Assembly (NCBI GenBank): GCA_965153285.1
Contig: OZ229120.1
Length of the DNA: 64,000 bases
Source: Podarcis tiliguerta
Taxonomy: Eukaryota
Reading direction: 5' to 3' (one strand)
The first letter of the stretch is position 1. Every line of letters begins with the position of its first letter. The notes under the pieces are model-generated. The model searched no databases and was not told the origin of the DNA. It worked only from the letters and a program-made list of their open reading frames with translations. A program made the translations under genes and the position numbers. Below are positions 1 to 12,409 of the stretch, in pieces.

Positions 1-157
1 ACTGTAAGCCAGGTTCAGTAGACTAAGTACTGATGTGCAGTGAAAATGCTAATGCACATGATGTTAGGAGAGTGTGTACAGTGATAGGTTTTTCTCCAGA
101 TTCTTAATTCAACTCACATTAACCACAACATATATATTAAAGCTTACTTATATGCTT

Positions 158-437
158 TAAGAACATAAGAAGAGCTAGCTGAATCAGGCCAGTGACCCAT
201 CTAGTCCAGCATCCTGTTCTCACAGTGGCCAATCAGATGCCTGTGGGAAGCCTGCAAACTAGACATGAGCGCAACAGAACTCTGCTTCTGACAGCAGGGG
301 TGGAATATAGCCATTGTTGCTAGTACCCATTGATAGCCTTGTCCTCCTTGAATTTGTCTAATCTTCTTTTAAGCCATCACTGCCTTCTGTGGGAGTAAGG
401 TCAATAGTTTAGCTACATGCTGCGTGAAGAAGATCTT
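158..437 (-). mobile_element. CR1-clade LINE 3' fragment (TTCTTATG-tail type)
   Basis: Starts TAAGAACATAAGAAGAG...CCATCTAGTCCAGCATCCTGTTCTCACAGTGGCC, the reverse complement of the squamate CR1 3' UTR, followed by decayed ORF2 end. Confidence 0.8.
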
Positions 438-477
438 TCATTTATTTATCATCCAGCTATCATCCAAAGTAGTCCTC

Positions 478-590
478 ATGTCCTGTTTGTGGGCTTCTTG
501 TAGATGTTTGGGTGCCCTCTGTGGGAAACAGGATGCTAAACTAGATGACCCTTTAGTCTGCCCCTGAAAGCCTCTCCATTATGTTTTTGA
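478..590 (+). mobile_element. Degenerate CR1 3' UTR fragment
   Basis: CTGTGGGAAACAGGATGCTAAACTAGATG is the same 3' UTR motif as 158-437 in the opposite orientation. Confidence 0.55.
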
Positions 591-628
591 CCAGTGTGAA
601 GACTTCCATGAAGAATGATATCTGACAT

Positions 629-1022
629 GCCTTATGAGGAACAGTTGAGGGAGTTGGGAATGTTTAGCCTGGAAAAGGGGAGACTGAAAGGAGATTATGA
701 TAGCCATCTTCAAATACCTAAAAGCTATCACATGGAAGATGGAAGCTTGCTTTTTCCTGCTTTGGAGGCTAGGACCTGAAGTTCAAGTTACAAGAAAGGA
801 GATTCGAACTAAACATCAGGAAGAACTTTCTGACAGTAGGAGCTGTTCAACAATGGAACGGACTCCCTCGTGAGTTGTGTACTCTCCTTCCTTGCAGGTT
901 TTTAAGCAGAGGTTGGATGGCCATCTGTCATGGATGCTTTAGTTGAGAGTCCTGCATTACAGGGGCTTGGGCTAAATGACCTTTGGGGTCCCTTCCAGCG
1001 CTACAATTCTATAATTCTATGA
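629..1022 (+). mobile_element. CR1 LINE 3' end (5'-truncated)
   Basis: Decayed ORF2 C-terminus PYEEQLRELGMFSLEKGRLKGD...FELNIRKNFLTVGAVQQWNGLP, then GGGGTCCCTTCCA and a terminal ATTCTAT repeat typical of CR1. Confidence 0.92.
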
Positions 1023-2381
1023 CTATTAATATTAATTAAATTTGTATACTGCTCTTCATCCGAAGATCTCAGGGCAATGATACTGCCACATCATTTGTCT
1101 GACATGTCCAACATGTACAGCCAAACTTTATGTAAATGGCATTTATTTTGAGTTGTGATATTTTGAAATATTCCACAAGCTTCTGAAGTCACACCTGAAA
1201 TGCAAGACAAAGCTAACTGAAATGCCAGCTCTTTTCAGCAGAAGCTTAGGTCCTAAATTTCAGATTAGCTTGGTTGGAAACTTTTAGACACATATGGAGC
1301 TCGAAGCTCAGAAACCTTTTAATTTATTTAATTCCATAGACGGGAATGGCAAGAAGAAAGTCCCACAGCATTTTGCTAATGCGAATGTCTTTCGTATGAT
1401 CTCCTGGCATTCCACTGGGGATCAGTTTCATTTCTTGCTCTTGAAACTTGGATCAAGCACTATCACCAAGACACAGTTTTTAACTTGACAATTTTTTCAC
1501 AGCTTCCACATAAGGATAAGAACTATATCTTCTGGCAAAACTGCAGCGAAGGAGTTTTTCTTTCTTCCTACTGAACCTGAAAAGTTTTAGTGAAAGTGTC
1601 AATGGCTCATATTGAAAGAAATGGCATAAATGAAAGGATCTCCGTGATGTCACCGAACTTTCACAGGGCTCATAATGCACAACTATATACAATTCCTTCT
1701 TCTTCTGCTCAGATTTTTATTCCCCTCCCCTTCCTTCCTTCCCACCCAACCACTCCCATAACCCTCCTCCCTCTTCCCCAACCAATCTCCCCTTCTCTTC
1801 CTTCAATCCAACTTGCTGGCAGTGATCTGATATCAGCAACTTATGGGGAGAAGAAAGTTAGGGAAGTTGTAGTTTTTGAGAAATATAGTGTCCCCAAGGG
1901 CTATTAACAGGAGTAGAAAAGGGAAGTAGAAAAAAACCTCCGCTCCCCTCCTCTCTTCACCTCCCTCCCTCCCTCACTGCTGGAGCTCGGTCCCCACTGC
2001 AGCTCAGAAAGTGAGGTGGAAGGGGGTTTGGAAGCTCAAAGGAGATTTGGTTGACTCTGAAATCTGCTGAGCTACTTCTCACTTCTTGTTTTTTGAAAGT
2101 AGCAGCCTATTTCTGAGCCAGGGGTAGCTTGTCTATCACTTAAAAGTGTTAAGAGAGAGAGACAGAAAATCAAGAACAGTATGAAATCGGATTAAACATT
2201 GTAGTAAATAGAAGTAAAAAACAAGGGGGGGAAAATCACTTTCACTATTTTTGCCAACTCTATTACCTTCCCAGCATGATTCAAGCTGGTGGCTCCTAAT
2301 ATATCTCATTTACTAGAAATTACTGGAAATTATTTCATAAATTCTATTTCGCATTAACAAATATTTACTATTAGCTCAGAA

Positions 2382-2515
2382 GCTCAGTAGGGCAGCACAA
2401 GTTCATCCCCAGTATCTTCAGTTAAAGGAAGGCAGGTTTCATGGTTAGGAAAGACCTCTACCTGAGTGGTAGACTAGATGGGTCTGTGTGATTTGGTCTA
2501 AAGCAGCTTATATTC
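2382..2515 (+). mobile_element. Degenerate tRNA-head/CR1-tail SINE (Squam2-like)
   Basis: GCTCAGTAG...AGTTCATCCCCAGTATCT head remnant and CTAGATGG...GCAGCTT CR1-type tail; resembles 40220-40396. Confidence 0.4.
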
Positions 2516-4015
2516 AAGTTAATGTAACCTGCTGAAGTGTGAATGTGAACAAGAGAAAACAGAGGCAGGCGATCCCTTATACAGGAATCCTGAAGAGTGA
2601 CAATATTCATATTGAAAGGCTTTGCTGTCATGCTGTACTGTACTTTCATGCACTGAAGTCCCAACGGTTGTGCGTTGCTATATTAACCTTGAAAAGAGAG
2701 AAAAGAATTAAAAAGAATATAATAAGTGCATGTGACTGCCTAGTGAACCCTATCTAGGTGTATGAATGTTAAAAATCAAAATTTCATGGCCATGCAGAGG
2801 TTTTGTGATTGTCTCAAATCTTTAGAGCAAAATTAAAAAGCTGTCTGAATATATATCCAGGTGACGAGCCGGTAATACTGCCAGGCCGGATGTTATGCAA
2901 CTTAAAGTGCTATTTCATTTTACTCTGAGCACTGAGTTTCTTGGTCAGTTTATTGCTTAGCAGAGACATCTAAGGGAACAAACCAGTTTGGGTTGTGTAG
3001 TGGAAAGTCACCTCCTGCATCTATTCTGTGTTTGTTTTCACATTATCAGATATTTTATCTTGCTCTGCCAATACTGGTGCTGCTATCTCTATTAATAATG
3101 TTATTCAATTGGTATAAAGTTTTCTGTGGTTAGACAAGGAGCCACATTTTGCATTAGCTCTACTTCCCAACTGGTCTATCACTATGGCCTCCTGTGTAGC
3201 TCAGATTACATTAACACATGATTTTGTCACCTCCAGCGTGTATAAATGTGGAGAGGTCATATACAGTAAGAACTTGTTATATCCATCTGCCAAGAACAGA
3301 TGGAAAAGCTATTCATAGGCATCATTATATAGCTCATCCCATACAAGACATTTTGATTTTAAGGCATTCTTGTCAGGTTGGTAATGTTACTAATTCAACC
3401 AGGCTAAAATTATCTCGTTCAAATGAAAGAATGTATATATAACAGGAAAGAGACATAAAAACAAAATTACAACAAAGTTAACTGAAGGTTGGAGACTTGG
3501 GTTATTCCACAGTTTTCTTCTGAAAGCATCTTTCTATATAGTAAGTGGGCTAGTCTTGCTTCTCAAATGGCCCAGTAGTTTGGATCCATGACTGATGTAC
3601 CCAGGTTCTGCTACAACAGAAGAAAATACCAAGAAATGTATGGAAATCAATAAAGCAAAGGTATCCTATGTGAAAACAACATCCAGGAACAGCACTGCCA
3701 CACACCCCAACCATCATTTGTATATGCATATCATGCCCACCAAAAAAACAGGAATGCTAGAGGTAATGTGGTGATGTAAAAACATGCTTATATATGTGCT
3801 CCTCAAAGGGCAAACAGCTTTTGGAGCATAATTTCATGTGCCCTAATGGAGGTCAGCCCTTTTGGTTTGCTCATTCATCTGTAAGAAATTGTGTGGACAG
3901 TTTCTATTCTGCCTAAGGTCATTCAGCCTAATTAAAGGGGTTGACTTTGTTGTTATTGACATTGCATATGAATATGTGGTCTGAGTGCCATAAAACACAT
4001 GATTCTTCTTTTCAG

Positions 4016-4154
4016 AGGGAACACATTTATATAGCTTATTATTGCAAGAGGGAACAAAGAGTCCAAGTGTAGACAGGAGAAGCAAGAGTGGAGATATGGA
4101 GAATAGTAAAAGTAATCGTAAATGTCCCTTTGAATGCTTTGACATGAAAGCAAG
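4016..4154 (+). other. Candidate spliced exon of unknown gene or lncRNA
   Basis: Strong acceptor TTCTTCTTTTCAG, donor AAG|GTAAAA, one open frame (GTHLYSLLLQEGTKSPSVDRRSKSGDMENSKSNRKCPFECFDMKA); no recognised homology. Confidence 0.22.
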
Positions 4155-6180
4155 GTAAAATATCGAAAAGAAATACTCAAGAACACTAGGATTTTATTTT
4201 TATTTTTTAAAACGCTCCTCTGAAAATTCACCTTCACTTCTTTCCAATTTGCTGGAGTCTATACAGAGCTCAGTATGCGGATGAGGAAGTTTACAGAGCT
4301 GTAAGGCCTGTAAGAGGTTTAAGATCTGTCAGTTTACAGAACCAATGGATCAGAAATGGCAAAGGCTTACCTGGCTTTGTGCTGTACTTTCCCCTACAAA
4401 ATGAATTGCTCAGCAAGGCTAAGTGTCCTGGTATGGCCCTACAAGGCTGGTTCAGTGGGCCAGTCTAGCATTAGTTCTTTCACTTACAAAATGCAGAGAA
4501 AACCCTGTGCCATAGGATTTTGCCTCATCCTCAAACGGAAGGTGCAATCATACCCCTGCCTTGAAGACTGAGTTTCCTTGGTGGTGCAATGTTGAACACC
4601 AGCAAAATCAACTAAGTGGTACCAAGCTATCCTTCTGGGCAACTGCCCAAAACACAGAGACTCGGAAAATCCAGTGATGCCAGTTCTGGCAGACTAATGG
4701 CAGGGAGAAGCAGTGTGTCCCTATTCTGTGACCAAGGAAACAATCCCTACTTTTGCACACATTTATAGTAGGAATCTTTACTGGTAAAGACTCTTTTTAC
4801 ATATCTATATATCCATATATTCTGTATTTCAGGGGAAACTTACTCCACATCTACCAAACATTCCTTTCATATCCTGGAAGGAATAAATGTTTTTCAAGCA
4901 GATGATGTACAGCAATTTGGAAAGCAGATAATAAATATTCTCCAGTACGAATGCATTCCATTTTATTAGCTAGATCAATATTGTTGTAATTTCCAACCAT
5001 TAACATCTCATTACTCTATAGCACATAGAAATATTTACATTACCACATATCAAAATTGCAACAGCGTGTGTTAAAATATGAATGACATCTATAATCAGAA
5101 TTTTCTGTTTCCTACTGCCTCCAGTTATTTGTGACCCCATATACGAAGTTCAAGTTTACACTTAATAGCACAATTATGTAAATCTGTAATTCTGACACTG
5201 AATTACAACTGGTAATGATCAATAATTATATTTATGTATGATGTGGAGTTAATACTGCCACAATAGATAAATGTAAACAACAAAATTATTTCTGCAGTCA
5301 AGAGCTAACAAATCGTCATAAACAAAAATAACTAAAACAGTATCTTCAAAGCTTTACAGTGTAGTAAATAGCTTTTTCCAAAAAACAAAAGCAAAAAATT
5401 ACCCCACCAACCCTTCAATGAATGTAAAAACATTGATTAGAGGCAAGACATTGCTATAGAAATGTTACAATGGCTGACTCTTACACAAAAATGTGTTTGA
5501 AACTGAGTTTAACTGACAGAAAATAAAAATCTCTCTGAAGAAATCTGGATAATAATTGTGCTGGAAAATTTTGAGGGAGAAATAACCCCTGAGGAAAAGG
5601 CAGATTGCAGAGTGTGTGTGAGGAATTCAAATATATGCAATCCCCCATGAATTTGGAACTCTCCACCTGTTAGTTCACTCACCTGTAATATTATGGGATG
5701 CCAAGGAACTCAGGAGAGAAGTGGACTAAGGTTTGGGTTTTTTAAAAAAGAAGTTTTGGCTTATTCTGGTAATAATCACCCTCCTATTAATGGAAATATT
5801 ATACTAGGGAGGAATTCAGCATAACATACCTAACACAGCACCATGCTTTCAGAACTGCCACACTGTCTGAAAGGGTTTCCTTTGAAAGAGAAATAGTGAC
5901 ATATTTTTCTTATGTCTAAAAATATTTCAGAAAGTTAAATCTCTGTGCACAGCTTTGCTTGAGAGCTACAGCCTCCTTCAATAACATGGAATCTTATGGA
6001 AAAGGTAGTTTTTAGTGCTACCATAAACATTCCAGGGGATAGAAGTATGGGTTTCCTTTTTTTCTTTTTCTTTTTACAAACTCCCCAACACAATCTCTTA
6101 TTGAGCATTTTAAAATACAATCTCATTTCAAACAAGTGTCATTTTTCATAGCATACTTAACATTTCTCCACTCCCCGTAG

Positions 6181-6287
6181 GTTCCAATCCCAGAACTTGC
6201 AGTTCAAACGGAAGAATTCCTGTCATGTAGACAAAATAAAACATCCAAGGAAAGGACAAATTTAGACACACAGATAAAGAGGCGAAG
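6181..6287 (+). other. Candidate spliced exon (GC donor, or terminal exon)
   Basis: Acceptor TTTCTCCACTCCCCGTAG, purine-rich body, AAG|GCAAGT GC-type donor; no recognised homology. Confidence 0.2.
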
Positions 6288-6824
6288 GCAAGTCACCTTC
6301 CACACAGCATGACAGCCGACACAGGCACACACTACCCCAATGTTCTCATCCAGCTCTGATTTATCTCTTTCATGTACTCATTTAAGGCTCAACCAATATA
6401 CAAAACTGGGGGGAAAGTGTTGCTTGGCAGGGCCATACCTCCTGGTGGTTAACTGAGAGTGTAAGGATGGCATTTATTCAAGGTAATAAGGTCATTCAGA
6501 TTGGCATTATTTGTATGCTGGCTTGAGACCAAGCTAGATGGGACAGAGACACACTGTCTCTTTAAATGTGGGTCTTCTCCAGTGCAATACAACCTTACTG
6601 GAGATTATAATTTTAAAAGGAAACAGGGTTCTTGGCTAAATGGTGCCGAACTCTCCCACTTCCTATGATTACCTATGCCTGGGCACTATGTAGAGAGGTC
6701 CTAGGCTGTCCAGATGACAAGACTCCACTCTCAGGCTCACCAATTTGGTCCAAAGGAAAGCACAGCAATACTTTTGGCATCAGGTTGGCTGCAGGAGTTG
6801 TCAGAAGAAGTATAAGGTTCCATC

Positions 6825-7265
6825 TAGTGCTTCCCCCCCTAAAAAAATGTTTGGGGTACTCTCATTTTGACTCAAGAAAATCACCATTTTATAGTTCAAA
6901 TTGGGAAAAATAAATACAGTAAATAGACGAAAAGTACAAAGAACATGCATTACCTCATATTACACAGCCGACAGCTTACAGTAACTTCCACATTGGCATG
7001 AGTGTGCACTAACATCTTCCCAACTTTCATCAGTAAAACACCACACATCCACATTCCACACTGCTTCACATATTAAACGCCCACTTCCGTCTGAGACTCA
7101 GGAAACAGCATGACAGGAAATGAGGCCACCAACGGGGGTAGCAACGGAACTGACGATTCACCTTGCTAGAGAAGAAACTATATATTTTTTGTTTCTTCTC
7201 CTGTTAGATTCACAAAATGTTTAGGGGTATGCATACCCCTTCATCCCCCCAGGAAAAAAGCACTG
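6825..7265. mobile_element. Non-autonomous hAT-type DNA transposon (MITE)
   Basis: Termini TAGTGCTT...AAGCACTG, perfect 8-bp TSD GTTCCATC (6817-6824 and 7266-7273). Confidence 0.85.
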
Positions 7266-7572
7266 GTTCCATCCAACCAACTTAGGGACTCCACTCCAGT
7301 TTTGTGTAGGGTTTACTCCTTAGTCTTTTCTTCTCCCGATGATATCCCATAAGGCATCAGAGGTTTGGGATCAGTTTTCCTTCTCCTAAAGGGTCTACTT
7401 TCCCATGTTGATGAGCCCCATCTGGCCCTCACGTCGCTCTACAGCACACGCAGAAACTGTCTTCTTGACAGTTGGATCCACCATTGCTCTCATCCGCTCA
7501 ATTCGCTGGAGCCTGACTTCACATGCAGGGGAAGTCCTTAACTCACTGAGGGTTTGAGACCCATCAGCTACC

Positions 7573-7700
7573 CTCACCTGGTTTAGCCAGCTGGTCAAAT
7601 CTGTTCTTGGGGTGTGGCTGCTATTGCATGCTGGTAGCTTCTAGGAGTCACAGGTGAAAGCTGAGTGCAGGATGGGGACCAAAGGTGGACAAACTACCCC
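7573..7700 (-). ncRNA. Putative HDV-like self-cleaving ribozyme remnant with L3 hairpin insertion
   Basis: Ordered elements on minus strand: P1 GGGGT(A)GT / ACACCCC, P2 TTCACCTG / CAGGTGAG, P3 GAC / GCC, TCC, P4 CAG..CTG, J4/2 GCTAA. P1.1 partner reads AA instead of GG and P3 has one mismatch. Confidence 0.45.
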
Positions 7701-8219
7701 AGAAGGAGCATGGCATTTCTCCTACCAGAGGTATTGGGGGGCAACACCCCATACACCCCAAACTAGCCACACAGATCAGCCTTTGTGATTACATTACCTC
7801 CTGTCATTGCAATCTAAATTGGCTTTCAATTATCAGTTATTATTTCATTTCCTTTTTTATTTACTTATCTTATATATGAAGCCACCCCCTGGTTAAAAGC
7901 TCCCAGGGCTGCTCACGTTGAAATAATAATGTACAAAACGCAATGAGAAGCTCAATGAGAAATAGTAAAATAATAAAACCAAAGGAGGAGTGGATATAGC
8001 AAAATAATAAAATCTAGCAGAACAACGAACTGATTCATTAAGAAGAATGCTTCCAGAAAGTTCCCAAGGGGATATTTTGGCACGTTCATAGGGGTGGGAT
8101 GGTGAGAACAGAAAGAAGGGAGCAATGAAACCCACAGTCTTTGGTAGGCTGACAAAATTCTAACAAATTTGGGAGGCAGGCAGGGGACAGCAGCAAAGAC
8201 TTCACTTTTTAAAGTGATT

Positions 8220-8445
8220 TCTTTGCCCCAGAGCTACAATACCCAGTGCGGTTTAATTGCAGAGTGGATTAATTGATTAATCTCTCTTCATAAGGGGCTC
8301 TGGGAGTTGTAGCTCTGTGAAGAGAATAGGGGTCTCCTAACAACTCTCACCAACCTTCACAAACTACAGCTCCTAGAATTCTTTGGGAGAAACCAAGGCT
8401 GTTTAATGTGGTGTAGTGCTATAAATGTATGGTGTGAATGTATCT
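8220..8445. repeat. Squamate interspersed repeat (MITE-like)
   Basis: Internal inverted motifs AGAGCTACAA / TTGTAGCTCT and AAACTACAGCTCC..GAATTCTTTGGG, recalled as a common lizard repeat. Confidence 0.45.
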
Positions 8446-10108
8446 TTAGTATCCTTTCAAGAGTGCTGGCGGCAGGTGAGGGAAGAATGGTTGTCATACC
8501 TAAGGCTGCCTCTTCAAGCACAGCAGTCAACATTCAGTGTAGAGAAGCTGTTTTATTACTCTAGAGATAAGCTGGACCTTTTGGGGTGAGGACAGTGGGT
8601 AGGCTCTCCACCTGTGCAGAAGTATCTGCCATGCTGGGGGATCCAGGGGCGCCAACTTGGGCCCCAGATTATGGGTGCCAACAGCACCTGAGGCATAACG
8701 TGACGTCATGACATTGTGATGTCATCACATCACATTACATCGTTTATGCTGCAGCAGTGCTTGGGAGCCCCAGAAGTCATGTCCAAAGCCTTGGACGCAA
8801 CCTATGAGGTTTCTGATGTGACTTCTGATACACTACATTGTAGTTGTGAAGCCCTGCAATGCACCCCCTCAGGTCGGCACCCAGTGTGAGAGAACCGGTC
8901 GCGCTGCCCAAAACCCACCTCTGTCAGATGTCTTGTAAAGAAACATCGTTCTTCCTTGGCTTTCCCAGACCCATAACGTCAAACCTTGATTTTGTGTTTT
9001 TGCTTTGTTGTTATATGCTTTCGTATACTACTGTTTTATGGGGTTTATGTTGTATTTTGTTCCAATGACATTGTTTAATGGTTTTGTGTTGTACACTGCT
9101 GAGATATCTTTGAAATCTTAAGCAGCTTATACATGTCATTAAGTAAATAAATAAAATCCTCCATGCCTTGGCCTAATCCTGTTTTAAAGCCACCACAGGC
9201 TAGGAGAGAGAGGAAAGAGTTGCCAATGTTCACAATCGTCTAGTCAGCACTGTGACTCATAGTGCAGCACTAGCTGGGAAAAGACAGAAGGTTACCTGAT
9301 TCTCCACATCTCATCCCGCAAAGCATAGTGTGGTACTGGTGAGAAGTGATGGAGAATCAGGTGACTCTCTCTTTCAACCTGCAGTTGCTCACAGCACAGC
9401 ATGGGAAGGCTTCCCGCGCTGAGCTGCATATGATTTGCTTCTTCTGTTTTATGCTTATAAACAGCCACAGAAGAAGACAATAAAGGCACAGTTGGGTTTG
9501 GGGGGATTTTGCACCCCACCCCTACCCCTGTTTTGCTCGAAAGCATGACCTTGGCAATCCTTAGACTTGGTTTGAACTGAAGCATTAATTAAAACAGGTA
9601 TGGCTGCACCGGAGCAGGCAGGGGTAGGCAATGATGAAACCCCCAAGGCACCAACTTATCATTAAAAAGTAAAACTGAATTTACTTTAAAGGAAATCAGA
9701 ATTTACATGACATTTAAAAGTACAAGGAAAACATCTAAAAATGGCAAAAAAGCATAGGAGGTATTAAAATATATGGGGCCTTAGGCAGGAAAAGTAATCC
9801 TTTCTGAACTGCCCTAGTTCTTTTGGCCAACGTGGGTCTTCCAAAACTCCCCAATTTCCATGATTCCTTTGTTGCCACCTGGACCTTGGTTGCCCTAGGC
9901 AACCATAAGTTACATCCAGGTAGGTATAAGGAAAAGACCTGTTTACTATTTGAAAGAACAGCAAGAATCTGCCATGAAGCAGCACATGTGGAAAGCGATG
10001 AACGACTGGGAGGAATATGATTCACAATTCATGCAGATCATTGTCTTCCCCCTTCCTATCTTTTAATTCCCAAGAGATTGCACAAAAATCTGCATGTGAA
10101 ACAGAATA

Positions 10109-10780
10109 CAGTGGAACCTTGACTTATGTACGGCTCTACTTATGTACAATTCCAGTTACAACATTCAGTAGGTGCTTTGACGTATGAACTTTCCTCTAGA
10201 GATGAACAGAGACCTTGCCAGCAGCCCGGAGCTCCACCAGCCAGCTGCGGAGCAGCACTGGAGCCTCCGCTGCTGGGGAGAGGGCCCCTATCCCACCCCC
10301 GAAGCTGTGGACGAGGTGCCACCTGCAAGAGGCACAGCAGGGTGCACTGCAGCCCCAAACCCCGCCGAAGAACTAACCTGAGGAAGTCCAGAGAAGAACC
10401 TGGCCTGGCAAGAAAAAAAGTGACCCTGGCAGAAGTGAATCAGCTCTTTACTGACCCTTGCCCCACCCCCAGCTTGTAGGTAAGCCCACCCACCCTCAGT
10501 GTATGTAAGGAAAAAAGTTAATTTTTTTCATCTACAATACTGTCTTATTTATTTTATAGTACAGTACATTGATTATTGCCCTGATTTTATGGATCTATGG
10601 TCTCATTAGACAGTAAAATATGTGTTAAATTGCTGTTTTAGGGGGTGTTTTTCATTGTCTAGAATGGATCAATTCACTTTTCCATTACTTTCTATGGAAA
10701 AGTGAACCTCTACTTATGTACGTTTCTAGTTATGATCGGACCTCCGGAATGGATTATGGTTGCAAGTAGAGGTTCCACTG
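10109..10780. mobile_element. Non-autonomous Tc1/mariner (Tigger/pogo-like) element
   Basis: TIRs CAGTGGAACCT / AGGTTCCACTG with TA on both sides; subterminal CTACTTATGTAC repeats. Confidence 0.88.
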
Positions 10781-11064
10781 TAAATGAGCAAATTTAGAAA
10801 AGGAAAAAAATGGGGAACATTTTCAGGCGGTCACAAGGTTGGTCACAATTAGGAGCAGGTCATGGTACAAGCAAAACCGAGAATAGAGGTTTTGGTATAA
10901 GAAGTATGGAGGTGCCCAGGCTAGGTTAAGCAAACCTTAGGAGGCCAAACCAATTTCCATCGCACAGTCTTTCAGATGAGAACTTTGCCATGGTACAAGA
11001 AAGAACCAGAAAATGCTGACTGGGTGTTTTATCCAGGATTGACCAGTCAAGGGCTAAATAAAGA

Positions 11065-11170
11065 TGTAAGAAGAACACTCCTGGGTCAGACTTGAAGGCA
11101 TCTACTCCAGCATTTTGTCTTCATAGTAGCCAACCAAATGTCTAAGCAGGACATGAGAACAATGGCACTC
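11065..11170 (-). mobile_element. Degenerate CR1 3' UTR fragment
   Basis: TAAGAAGAAC...CATCTACTCCAGCAT...GTAGCCAACCAAATG, similar to 158-260. Confidence 0.55.
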
Positions 11171-12409
11171 ATGCTTGTAGCACCTTTGGTAGGATACAAT
11201 CACGGAATCCAACAAGTAGCAGGGGGTCAACTATGATGCCAAATATATCCATCAAAATTCTTCCCAGCATGGCTGTTTATGCTCATGACTAAATTTCTCT
11301 GAAACAGGCTGGCTTGATAGTTACAGCTTTTGTTTTCTCAGTGTTGTACATCACTCTTCAGCAGCTGGTACCTCTGTATCCCATATGGTTCTATGTAAGG
11401 GATCGTGCTTTATTATATTTGGCCCAGCATTTGCAATACATTTACATTCTATTTCTTATGTTTGCAAAATAAATTATGTTGGTTATTGATAATAAAAGAG
11501 GTGCTTTTGTTCTATTTTTATGTCCCAATGTGAGCCCTCCCCCCTTTATTTTTTGCATAGTGATTGTGTAACTCTTCAACAGTTTGACTTCACCCCCAAA
11601 AACACAATCTTCCATTGTCTGCTGAAACAGGTGGATGCCAAACAATTAGGCAGTGGCTAGTTGATGAAAGGCTCTTCCTCCATGTCCCCATCAGTTACTG
11701 CTCAGTTAGGCCTGGTGTGGACATCTAGGTTCTGAAGGCTATGTGTATGTACAAGACAGAGCATGGCATGGGCATGCTAGGGTTCTAACAGTCAAAGATG
11801 AATCACTTGTTGAATTCCAGCCATGCTGCCATATATATTTAGTGTCTACAGAGACATACAATAAGTAGTTGAAGATGGGTCATTTAGTTCACTGCTGAGA
11901 GTGAGCTTGAACAAACTCATTTGGAGGCAGTTTTACATAAATGTGTGCTGAATATTGCATGAAAACACATCTAGTGGGTTTTGGCATCTAGCCCTTGATG
12001 TTCAAACTCCAGGTGCATCACACTTGCCATGTCATTTGGCAGCCTCTGTTTTCCTTGGGCAACCATTTGCTAGTTATATCCTAACCCAATGTTCTGAGGA
12101 AAAGCAAAAGAGATATAAGAAGGGATAATTGGTGTTACCACCAAGGGCTCATTCGCATGAAATATTTTTCACACTACAATCTCAATCCAAATTTGTCTTC
12201 CCATGTGAAAACACTAATGGACTGAGTGCGCTGTTTTCAATACTTTGCTTCCTTGAAGAACACATGCTTGACATCTTCTACCAGTTAAGAGGAACCAACA
12301 TAGTGTTACAGGAATGGAAATTCTATGCGTTCTGTGCCAAGCAAGCATCCTTATTCCTTATCCTCCATTTGAAGTGATATGTGTATTGATATTATTTCAA
12401 GATGCGAAT

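Larger units (their letters stand above)
6675..7733 (-). mobile_element. RTE-clade retrotransposon 5' region, interrupted by a hAT MITE
   Basis: Reverse complement matches 12410-12795 (e.g. GGAGAAGGAAAACT, GGAGTAAACCCTACACAAA, TCATCTGGACAG..AGGACCTC); continuous across the 6825-7265 insertion. RTE assignment from recalled 5'UTR motifs. Confidence 0.6.

Noticed and set aside
1480-1576. Possible minus-strand terminal exon after a TTTTCAG acceptor
   Set aside because: No recognisable peptide in any frame and no consistent upstream exon chain on that strand.
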